A stretch of 64,000 nucleotides of DNA from Bilabrum cf. latius (taxonomy: Eukaryota): the NCBI GenBank assembly GCA_965178125.1, contig OZ237756.1, forward strand, positions 186,001 to 250,000, read 5' to 3'. Of the stretch, positions 38,832 to 49,089 are shown in pieces. Each line of letters begins with the position of its first letter. Position 1 is the first letter of the stretch. The position numbers and the translations under genes are program-made. Below the pieces are notes generated by a model that saw only the letters and a program-made list of their open reading frames with translations, was not told the origin of the DNA and did not search any database.

Positions 38832-39590
38832 TCATGAGCGGGGCCCCGAGCCCGCTGGGTCTAGCTGAGAGCGGCTGGATGGCGCCGACCTCCCTCCACC
38901 GCCTTGCGCGTGTGCAAGAGCAAGCATTCCGTCCAACCCCGCCGCTTCTTCCTCCGCTCGGCGGCTTGAAGGCCCCACACTGTGCTAATCCATTGTCATT
39001 GAATGTGATGGTTGCAGTGAACTGTCCATAGAGGCCACGGAAGGCTCCGCAAGAGGCAATGATTCGGCTGCGTGGCTCGACTGACAGCGCGCTTGATGTG
39101 CCGGTGACAGTGCAGCTCCTACAGTCCAGCCTGCTATCCTATCGCCAGATGGTTTGCCCGTTTGGCTTTCCACATGTCTATAACAATGATAACTGCCACC
39201 ACCTGACTTGCTTGCACCTACTGAGGTGAGGCCAGAAGCGGCCAGCAGCATGGGTTCTGCTCCACGGTCAATCGCATGTCTCTCTCCTGCCAGCGGTGCA
39301 GAGGGGGCCGAGTGGGCATTGTCGACTTGCACGCGCTGCAGTACCTCGCGGATTGATGCATTGAGCCCACGAACAGCACGCCTTGCTTCTTGAATTCGCC
39401 TCGAAACGTACCGCATGTCCTTTAGCGAGGCAGAGTCCTCGCCCGCAAGCTTTGCATCGCGTATGCTGGCCTGAAGCTCTTCTGAAATCGATAAAACACG
39501 ATCCCACGACGCATTATTCACATCTTTCGTTGTGCTGATGCTTACATCTTTGGCCAAAACACGTTCTAATGGGCTTGATTTCGCGTCCAT
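38832..39590 (-). CDS. Hypothetical protein (~250 aa) with a helical N-terminal half
   Basis: ORF 39590-38985 extends through TAG 38987-38985 to TGA 38834-38832. No recognisable domain, and upstream exons are possible. Confidence 0.4.
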
Positions 39591-40939
39591 GTCTCCAGGT
39601 GGTGATCGGCGATGCCCAGATCCTGCCCCCTGCCAGTTGCAGGGGCCTCCGACTGCTTCTGAGTGATGTATTCCTCTTTTTAGCGGAACCAGCTCTTGTT
39701 CTATTGATATAACGGAAAGCTGCGTCTGATGTAGTCCAGTCAGGCTCGTCGGCGCAATTCACCGATTCGCGACCATTTTGCCCGACGTTCTGAATACCAG
39801 ATTGCGAACCCCCATCCGAATCAAGTATTATTAATACGAATTGGCAGGACTACCTCCGTTGAATGTCCGGGTCGCACGCAACTTGTTTTGTATCCGTTTG
39901 GAGGCATATAAGCCTTGCCAATCACAGCACCCGACACCAAGAAATGAACACATGTTCAAAGTACTGTCTGGAGCAAACAATCTATCGATCTGCATGGTAT
40001 CAAAGCCAGCATTTCTGCATCCGGAGCATCTGATGGCTACGGCCGTCTCGACAATCATCGCCCCGGCACACTACTGCCACACACCACTGCACTGGCGACA
40101 TCGTTAGAGACTCCGGGAAACATGTGCGCATACAATACAATGGTTTGGAAACCCTCTCATTATGAAATATTGACCTGGCCACCGATCATCCAAGGTTGGT
40201 GTGCCATTTGGGGCCCCTGCAACTGGATCCCAATGGTGCTGCGACAGCTGCTTCACGCCCTGCAGACTCGTCAACAGGTTGCGGGACCCGTAGCAACTGC
40301 CAAATCGCGAAACTTGCATGGCTGCCTACAATTAAGACACAGCTTTTCAGCTTGCGAGCGGTTACTGTATACTATGGGTAGGAATGCTCAAGAACAGCTC
40401 TTCAAAGCTGCCCTGCGGCAGGGCTTGGTTGCAGCTCAATATAAATGCAAACTTCACATAGAGTCTACATCATACGTACTTGATATGCTACGGCAAAATG
40501 CAGCACGGAATTGTGACACGTAAGACAAAAATATGTGCAACGAGACATGTACGTACCCACCAAGACGCGAGCTACGACGCGTACACCCATGATTCATTTG
40601 CCCATGGATTTTGCGTGGATAATATCCACTACGGATTTGGCTTTTATTCAGCGAATCTAACGAGGAGTGTGTCACAGTATGTATAAATATTATCCTCCGG
40701 ATCCCCGAAGTAGGTGCGCCCCAGTGCAGTGCACTATACTTTCTTGCCCATGATGGTGCTTTTGGTTATATTGTAGCTATTTGTTGCATGGCACTGACTA
40801 TGTTTCTACCGATGTATACAGTTTGTTGAAGTGCCCAGTACGAGCTCACATGGATGCGCCAAGTAGCCGGGACGAGCGTGGATACCGTGCAGTTTAGGCT
40901 GCTACGAAATCCATGTAGTCGAAGTGGAACCAGAATGTC

Positions 40940-43411
40940 ATGCATACCGCAACTAGGAGGCTTTCCATGTCCAAATCTAAACGGCGGCGCCTGGTGGAAG
41001 GAGCTGGGCCCAAACAGGTACTCCGCTCTGTTGAGTCTGTCCCATCCAGCTCTATCGTGAGCTTGTCAAGCAACTTTTAGGCCCAATGCATGGGCATTAT
41101 TCGTGATGTAAGCAGCATTAGCGGCGTTATAGTAGTTGATCCGCGAGTGCCAGCAATTGAGCAATCAAAACATGTCCAATCAGCGTGGAAACACTCGCCT
41201 TGCGGGCTCGCGCTGTGGCCCGCCGATCAGCCGGGCATAGTGGTGCTTCCGGGTTTCTTGTCTCTAAAGGAGAGGATTCAAATGTGCGTGCGAGCATCCA
41301 CTCAGTGGTTGGGACCCCCGTTTTAGACCAATCTCACTGAAATGTCGAGGCTGCAGAGAGCCCCTGCCCCTGCTCGCCGTGGCGAGGCTGGCTCGGACAA
41401 GGCAGCCGAAGGAGCAGCTACTGCTACCAGTAGTGGCGGCACCAGTCGCACTAGGGATACAGAGCAGCATGCACATGGTGACCCGTGGGCTGAGTACGTC
41501 TCCTGGATCGGGACCTGGAACAGGGAGACTGCCAAGTGTGGGCCTGGGCTCTGGGCACCAGGTGCTGCCACCATGGAAGCTTCGAGTCGGAGTGGCAGTG
41601 GCAGTGGCAGTGGCAGTGGCAGTGGCAGCGGCAGTGGCAGCGGCAGTGGCAGTGGCAGTGGCAGTGGCAGTGGCAGTGGCAGTGGCAGTGGCAGTGGCAG
41701 TGGCAGTGGCAGTGGCAATGATGGGGCGATGGGCCATGCAGAGCTCCAGACTGGTCAGTCGGTCCCATCGGGCCCTGACTTGGCACGAGCCCACGCATCG
41801 TCTTCGTCCTCGTCGTCCTACGCGAGTCCACCAGCTCTCAGAAAGGACCAAATGTCCCAGCCAGTCCCGCCGGGTCCGAGTGACGGAGACTCGGCTGGTG
41901 AGGCAAAGCCGAAGCCTACGCTTGGGGGCAGTGAAGCTATCACGAAACATGCCGCATCAGTCAAGGGAGTGTATTCGTCACAGCTGGCTGGCATCAAGCG
42001 CCCCGCGGCTGGTCCATGCCTAGAGGACGAGGACGCACCAGTCGGCTCATCCACAGCGTGCACGGATCTGTCACCGCTGCCGCCCAGTGTCAGCCTCAAG
42101 ACCAGGATGCATCGCACTGCATGGTCCACTCTTGGATTTCACTACGCGTGGGGAGCAAGGCAGTACGTGGATGGGGCGGGGTATCCAGAGCTGCATGCTC
42201 AGCTCGCGACAGGAGCGGATGGACATGGTGCTGGTGCTGGTGCTGGTGCTGGTGCTGGTGCTGGTGCTGGTGCTGGTGCTGGTGCTGGTGCTGGTGCTGG
42301 TGCTGGTGCTGGTGCTGGTGCTGGTGCTGGTGCTGGTGCTGGTGCTGGAGCTGGGATCGGAGAAGCCCCAAAGGACCCCAAGGGTAGCTAGGCACCGTCC
42401 TGCGATGCACCTAGCACAACCCCTACCGTTGTCACGGCTTCCGGTTCCACGGCTCCCGCCTCGAATCCCTTGGGTCTACCTCCCCCCCCTTTCCCCGCCT
42501 GGCTGCACACCAAAGGCAAGGAGCTCTGGAGGAGGGCGGCGGATCTGCTTGGACCAGAGCATGCTGCCCTTCTGATGACACCACCGGTGGAGAGACATAG
42601 CTAGACATAGAAGACAGGGAATGTGAAGGGCAGCGGTGCTCCCTAGCCCCAGGCAGCATCGGGTCATGCGGCAAGCCAAGCTGCACGGGCAGGCCAACCA
42701 CCCGTGGTACCACGACATGCCGTCCCTCAGTTCCACCCTGAGGCCGCGATCGTGAACCTATACAAACCAGGGGCTGCAATGGGACCGCACAGAGACGATG
42801 CCGAGCCATACCGAGGTGCCCCTGTGGTATCAGTGTCCCTGGGCTGCCACGCGGTATTCCTGATCGGCGGTGAGGAGGAGAGGGATGGGGCGAGAGCGGT
42901 CCTGCTGCGGGCCGGTGATGTCGTGCTGATGGGGGGTCAGGAGAGGCTGGCGCTGCACGGGGTGGGCGCTGTGTTCCCTGGGACCGGGGATGTTGAGATG
43001 CACGAGGCCCTGGGTAGGATGTCAGAGGGAGAGGGGTCACCTGGAAGTGGAAGCCCAGCTGACTCTAGACCAAGGAGACCAGGGGTGCAATCGACAGGCG
43101 CTGTGCCTGCAACAGCTCCAGGTGCCGCAGGACTGCACGCATCCAGCAGTGATACTGCACCAACAACAACAAGAGTGTGGCTTGTGGAAAAACTGCACCG
43201 TGCCTCAGAAACTGCGCGTTTGAGTCCTTCGCGCAAATAGGACGGCGCGGAATGCAGCAGGGACCATGCAGGAGGCAGCCGGGATGTTTGCCAAGAGCTC
43301 GAGGTCGATGCGGAGACCACTGCGGCCGTGAGCAGGTTGCTGTTCTGCCGCCGGCTCAACATCAATCTCAGGCAGGTGTTCCCGCCTGCAGGGGGAGCAC
43401 CAAGCAGGTGA
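40940..43411 (+). CDS. ALKBH1: AlkB-family 2OG-Fe(II) nucleic-acid dioxygenase, ALKBH1-like (~823 aa)
   Basis: One frame carries PGIVVLPGFLS, TNL, WSTLGFHYAW, PPPFPAWL, EAAIVNLY, GPHRDDAE (HxD), PVVSVSLG, LRAGDVVLMGG, LALHGV and RRLNINLRQV. Seven internal TAGs (41078, 41324, 42389, 42602, 42608, 42644, 43238); ends TGA 43409-43411. Confidence 0.88.
41591..41716 (+). repeat. Coding hexamer microsatellite (AGTGGC) x ~21, encoding (Ser-Gly)n
   Basis: Directly visible, with two AGCGGC variants, in frame within the ALKBH1-like gene. Confidence 0.95.
42227..42346 (+). repeat. Coding hexamer microsatellite (GGTGCT) x 20, encoding (Gly-Ala)n
   Basis: Directly visible perfect array, in frame within the ALKBH1-like gene. 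Confidence 0.95.
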
Positions 43412-43644
43412 TCAAGGATGCTTGTACATCCAGGATCCTATTTTTTTGGATCTTACAGGATCGTGTCAGCAGCAGTCCTGGTCAGCAGCCATGATTGCTG
43501 TAAGCGATCCAGGATTCCAGATCTAACATAAGGTTATAAATCGCATTCAACTTGATTAAACAATCCAAAATGTTCCTGCCTGTCGGGTATGACCACAAAC
43601 AAACCTCCGGGCTCCACAGGCACCAGCAGCCCACCCGCTGCCCC

Positions 43645-45483
43645 TCACCTGCCGGCATCCCCAGCCCCCCCTGTCGCCATTCCCGGGTCTCCACCGCCCT
43701 CCGAGTCGCTGGGGTCAGACGAGGAGGATCCGGACGATGAGGACGACGACTTGCTGTCTGAAGACGAGATTGAAGTCACCGAACTATCCGTTGAGCTCTC
43801 CTCGGGCTCGCTGGGAATCTCCTCCCCCTTGGCCCTGGCAGCCTCCACCTTCTTGGCGTGCTCCTCCAGCTCCTTGGCACGTTTCCTCGCCCTCCTCCTC
43901 ACCTTGCGCCTGAGTTTCTCCCTCTCCTTCTCAGTCGCCACCATGCTCCACCCATCCCTCCTATTGATCTCATCAGCAACCGCAGCAATGGCTGGCCGCT
44001 TGGCCCTGAGAGCCGCAAGCCACCGCCGCGACATGGCACGCCGGTCCGTCCTCGTCCTGACCCACACCCTGGGGAACAACGCCGGGGTGCAGAAATTCTG
44101 AGTCACCGCGATTGTGTCGTCCAAATTCAGCACAGCATGCCACCACCCGCTCGGGACGTACATGGTCTCCCCCGGCCGTTGCACGTACAGGACCACGCCC
44201 AGCTGCTTGGCGCCGCGCACTGCAAGTTCCGCTAACCCCTCGGACGTGCGTGGAATATCCTGATCAGTGGTTGTACCGGCAGCAGGTGACGCGCCTGCAC
44301 CCGCGCCAGAACCGCTGGCAGGAGCAGCCGCCTCTGCGGATGCTGCTGCTGACGAGGCAGAGGCAGAGGCAGAGGCAGAGGATGGTGAGGATGATGATGA
44401 TGATGATGATGAGGCACCAGGGGCCGGTCGCTTCGATTTACCGGGCGAAATGCCCCCCTTGCTCTTGTCCTTTGCCTTTGGCTTGCCGGTCCTGGGATCG
44501 ATTCCCGCCGCCTCCATACGGTCGCATGTGACTGCCACAGCTGCACAGGCCCTCGGCAAAATGGAGGTAAAGTAGTCGATCGCCTCGTCGTCCTGGCTCC
44601 CATCCTTGTCCTGGAACCGTCTCGATTTGACGACTTCCTTCGGCAGGATCGGGGGCATGAGCACCCACAGCTTCCGGCCGCGGATGGCTGCGTTCCAGGC
44701 AGACGTACCCAAGGGGTCCAGGTGCACGCAGCTGCCAGACCTCCGGGGGCCGAACAGGACCCAGCGGTACGGCGGGCGGCGGTCATATCCAGCAAACCGA
44801 AACAAATCGTCCGCAAAGTACTCGGGCGGTCTGTAATCGTCGAGCATGGAGCCTGCGCGCCGCTTGGAATCGAAGCCGGAATCGAACACGTACAGGGGGC
44901 TGTCGTCCTCCTGTGCGCCAATGTACCGGAAAAAGTGCTTCAATTTGACTTTGATGGGGAAGCCATCGTCATCTTCTCCGCACTTGAATGGCACGTTCTT
45001 GTACTTGCTGTACAGTTTGGTCGGCGTCCAGTCGCTCGATGCCGCCCACTTCTCGACGACCCCTTCAATCACGCACGGACGGCACTTCCTCTCGAATTCT
45101 GCCTCGAACTCCTCCTTAGACATAGAGTCTACGTGAACCCGGGCTATCTTACCGATGGGAAGCGGCTCATCAAGCAATCTTGGTTTGTCGCAGTGCTTCG
45201 CTTGGGTCCATTCTTCAATTTCAAGGTCCGTGCGCTGCTTCTTTCTAGCATCAAGCATTGTTTTTGTTCCCTTTTTATCCAATTTCCCTGCGACATCTCG
45301 AAATTCATCCGTGGAACATGCGCCCAAGCCTGCCGTTGCAGTTGTCGGGAATCGCGCCCCGTACACGTCAGCCAGCGAGGGTGGAGTGATCCCTCGCCGC
45401 TTTGTGCCGGAAGAGGACTTTGAACTCATTTTAGACCCATCACTCTTGTGCGGAGGAGGTGCTGTCGAGCCGCACGTGGGCAT
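43645..45483 (-). CDS. JMJD6: JmjC lysyl-hydroxylase/arginine demethylase JMJD6
   Basis: Motifs FKCGEDDDG, DDSPLYVFDSGF, RPPYRWVLFGPRRSGSCVHLDPLGTSAWN and QRPGETMYVPSGWWHAVLNLDDTIAVTQNF, plus a Ser-rich tail. No internal TAG; ends TGA. The start may be 45483 or 45430. Confidence 0.93.
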   Translation of the reverse strand: MPTCGSTAPPPHKSDGSKMSSKSSSGTKRRGITPPSLADVYGARFPTTATAGLGACSTDEFRDVAGKLDKKGTKTMLDARKKQRTDLEIEEWTQAKHCDKPRLLDEPLPIGKIARVHVDSMSKEEFEAEFERKCRPCVIEGVVEKWAASSDWTPTKLYSKYKNVPFKCGEDDDGFPIKVKLKHFFRYIGAQEDDSPLYVFDSGFDSKRRAGSMLDDYRPPEYFADDLFRFAGYDRRPPYRWVLFGPRRSGSCVHLDPLGTSAWNAAIRGRKLWVLMPPILPKEVVKSRRFQDKDGSQDDEAIDYFTSILPRACAAVAVTCDRMEAAGIDPRTGKPKAKDKSKGGISPGKSKRPAPGASSSSSSSSSPSSASASASASSAAASAEAAAPASGSGAGAGASPAAGTTTDQDIPRTSEGLAELAVRGAKQLGVVLYVQRPGETMYVPSGWWHAVLNLDDTIAVTQNFCTPALFPRVWVRTRTDRRAMSRRWLAALRAKRPAIAAVADEINRRDGWSMVATEKEREKLRRKVRRRARKRAKELEEHAKKVEAARAKGEEIPSEPEESSTDSSVTSISSSDSKSSSSSSGSSSSDPSDSEGGGDPGMATGGAGDAGR

Positions 45484-45687
45484 GTAGGTCGCCAGATGGG
45501 CGAGCGATGGGTCCCGCCGCTGGGCCAACACCGGTTCCGCAAAAGTTGGCCGCGCGCCGTGCCTTTTCAAAAGCAGTCAAGAGTACAAATCCAGCTCATT
45601 CTACACAAAACAAAGTCGACAAGCATCGCCAGCAGCAGCCAAAGCAGTCCCGTTCCATTCCATTCCTCCCTCCCTCCCCGCGCGCGG

Positions 45688-48600
45688 TTACTCCTCATAG
45701 ACAGCGCCGGCAGCCCCGCCCAGCCGCAGCTGCACCGCAACCCCGAGGGCCGCAGGGGCACCCAGGGAACACACGCCCCTCTCGTGCACCATGCAGAGCC
45801 CCTGCAGCCCGCCCCTAGAACTCTAACGGCTGCCCACATTGGCGCCCACTCCACCTGGGGAGGTGGCGGCCCACGCCCGCACCCGCACCAGGCCGCGGGA
45901 CAGCACAGGCACCTCCTGCAGCACCTGCACCGCTGACGCCGCCACGCCCACGCTCGTCACACCGCATCGACCCGCCGCCACTCCGTCTTCCCTCCTCTTC
46001 AGCCTGGCCGCCATCTCACCCAGCGCCTCGGAGGTTGCAACCGGCTGCAGGCTCACCCTGAGCGTGGCCTGCTTGCGCCAGGCCAGGGGCATGTAGTCAG
46101 ACCCTGCAGGCACCGAGGCGAAGCCGGCTGGGCCTACGGGTGACGAGTGCGGAGATGCATACCCCCGGGGAGGTGGCGATCCTGCACCGCTGGCGCCTGC
46201 GTGCATGGAGCCAGGGGTCTGTGGCTGCTGGTGCTGTTGCTGGTGCTGATGAGCATGAGCCGAAGTGGCCGCAGCAGCCGTCGCGCCATTTTGCCCCGCC
46301 AGAGACAGGGGCGACTTGACGGCGATCACGTGGCACCCCGTTGCTGCCCTGAGTCGGGTCAGCGCCCCGAGGCACCTCGCCATGAGTGCCTGTCCGCGGT
46401 GTGGTTCCAGCCCCGCGCACTGCCGGTAGAAAGGGGCCAGGGAATCCAGGACCACGAGGCCCGCGGGCCGGGTACACGCGTCCGGGGTCGTGCCGGAGAA
46501 CAACGGAGAGGGGGGGCTGTCAGCGCTCGGGGAGCTCCTGGCGTGTGTTCCCTGGCCCGTGGTGGGTGTCCTTGGCATGCTGGGGCCTCTAGATCGCTTG
46601 GAGGGGGGCTCGGGGTCGAGGGCTGCTGCTTGCCCTGCAGGTGGTATGCGTGAAGTTGCGCCGCTCATGGAGCCTGGCACCATTGCATCATCATCGTCGT
46701 CGTCATCGTCATCATCGTCTCCGCTCTCATCCACCATGCCAGTCTGCCCAGCGTTGTCCTGCGGCCGAGCACTCGAAGCTGAAAGCTGTCCATCAGCTGC
46801 CGTGTGCCTCGACTTTTCCTCCACCTCTTTCCCACCTCCCACTTGGTGCATCCGAGCGTCTGCATGTCTTCCTCCTCCTCTTCTTCCCTTCCTGCTCGAC
46901 AGGGCGGCCATGGCGGCAGGCCGCATCAGCTTGGGGGGCGCCATCACAATCTTCTCCGACACCGTCAGGGCGGTCTCAACATCGAAGGGGGTGGCACATC
47001 GCGAGAGCAGCACCCTGCCCATGCACGCCCGCACCACTGCGTTGATCCTCGCGTTGATCTCAGCACGGGCGAAAGGTTCCAGCTCCTGCAGAGCCAAGGC
47101 CACCTGGGTCCCTAGCGAGACGGCTGCAAGGGCGGGGAACTCGGGAAGGAGGGCGTGGGCGTCCCGGCCCAGCCCGTGAAGGTGCATCGCACTACCTTGC
47201 ATGTGCTCCCCGAGCGCAGCGGCTGTACATGAGGAGGCAGAGGCCATGGCAGAGGAAGAGGAGGATGATGCTCCTACCCGCGACTGTTCCTCTGAAACGT
47301 TGCCCGCTCCTCCCTGGGTGCCCATGCACCCTTGCAGCATCAGCCTCTCTCGGTCAACCCCCGGCTGTTTCTCCCCCACTGATTCACCGCGCCTTGCATG
47401 GAAACGCCCAGCTTCCAGCGATGCCCCCTGGGAATAACCCCTGCTGCCGCCCGCTGTGAGAGACACCTGGGTGGCTCCAACCAGCGCCTGGGATAGTGCC
47501 CCGCGCCTCAGGTGCCGAGCGCTGGCCTAACGCATGCGTGCAACTTGTCCATGTCCGTGCTAGATGTGAAGCCCTGCCTGGGTCAGAGAGGGTCCTCCGT
47601 TCGATCCACCGGTGGATTGCGCCGCGTGCCTCCTCTGCGACAGGGACTGCACTAGGTCACCCTAGGACTGCGTGAGTGCCATGCCGGCTGCGATCGCCCT
47701 AAGGACAGGGGGAGGGCCGGGTGACCCTTCGGTTTTGGACGGGGGGCTGCTGGCGATACTACTGCCCATCCTTGGCTGTGCGCCTGTTGCACCAGCACCA
47801 GCTCCAGCACCAGCTGCAGCTCGGTTGGAGAGCAGCGCGCCCAACTTTCCTTTGTTCAGGAAGTGTGCGAGGCCGAGCGGGAGCGGAAGATCGTTTGCCG
47901 CGCTTGCAAGTGAGTCCTCGCTGGCATATATCTCGCTCGCGTGGCTGTCAGTGGACGATTCCCCCTCGCCCCTGCCCCTGCCCCGCTTCCTGCTCCTTCT
48001 CGGGCCAGTTCCCTTCGCCCCTGCCCCCCTCTCCTTCGGTGGAGTCGTGTCAAGACCTGCGGGCTCGCCCAGCGCTGTGGCAGCACCCTGAGGATGGAGA
48101 GTGAATGAATCGTCGGCTGCTCCCCTCGTGGCTGGATCGGTACTGTAAGGAGCCTGCGATCCTGGAAGGACGGTCGCCTGGGGTGGACTGCCCATTTCAT
48201 CGGCACGCCGGTCTCCGTAACGCCTCCTTCGCAATGATTTGAGACTACCACCACGCGCACCAAAACCCTTTGTTGCAGTTGCGTTATATTGATCGAGGCC
48301 GTGATCCATGAGCAAGGCACATTCCCGCGACATGGCTTCCGAAGCAAGTGCTCGGGCCAACCGAGCAGCGCTCCAGCGCTGGTCGCAATCGACCACGAGG
48401 GCGAGCGACTCGCAGCCGCCGAGCGACCTTGGCAACACGCATTGCACTACTGCATTCAATGCGACCGTGCTCTTGCCGGTCCGGCGCCCACCGTACAGCT
48501 CGGTCCAGCCCATTTTAGGAAGTCCCGGTGATGATCCCGGTCGATGCTTGCCGCAGCGATCAATCACGCCAATCCCGGTTGATTGATGTACTGCCTCACC

Positions 48601-48750
48601 AAACTCGCTTCCAAATCCAGATGGCGACGGTACAGTGCTGTGCTGTGAGCCACTGTCCGGTTGTCGAAATGGAAGGTTCCCGCCTGCCGCAAGGATAGCA
48701 CGCCGCTCTAAGATAAGCTCACCAAGGTTGGCCTCTGTCACAGAAACCAT
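45688..48750 (-). CDS. XRCC2: RAD51 paralogue XRCC2-like (~1020 aa with long insertions)
   Basis: Walker A region ELYGGRRTGKS followed by QCVLPRSLGG and VVDCDQRW; Walker B LVVLDSLAPFY; late motif DYMPLAWRKQ. The two halves are in frame across TAGs (47662, 47560, 47527, 45823). Ends TAA 45690-45688. Confidence 0.8.
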
Positions 48751-49089
48751 TTTCAGTCCTTGGAAATTGCTAGTTCTTGGGAATTGGGTGGTGTCGCCCG
48801 CAAAAAGAATGCAACAAGACGAATTCAAGCAGGCGAGCACGTAATCATCGTTCAAACTGTGATACTCGGCAGCAGAAGTTTCCACTAATTCCAGTCAGCC
48901 GGTAGACAGCTGTACGCAACAAGCAATGCTTGGAGGCGCGGCAAGCAGCTTGGCCGCAGAAAAATAGGTGCTGAGGCTTGCGACAACTTGAAGCCAACAC
49001 AGTTGCGACCGCTGCTGGCGAGGGCCGTTCGGCAACGCGGTAACTCCTGCCATCTACAGGTTCAAAGTCCTGTGCACCATGATTTGACC

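Noticed and set aside
39841-40523. Short plus-strand ORFs 39841-40107 and 40122-40523 as genes
   Set aside because: No recognisable motifs, atypical composition, and they do not join into a long frame with TAG readthrough.
41323-42410. Poly-LP, HC, WQ, WC and HQ ORFs, and a possible CRISPR-like array
   Set aside because: These are alternative frames of two hexamer microsatellites, with no spacers.
43645-45483. JMJD4 (eRF1 lysyl hydroxylase), which would link to altered termination
   Set aside because: The motifs FKCGEDDDG, RPPYRW and HLDPLGTSAWN and the Ser-rich tail match JMJD6.
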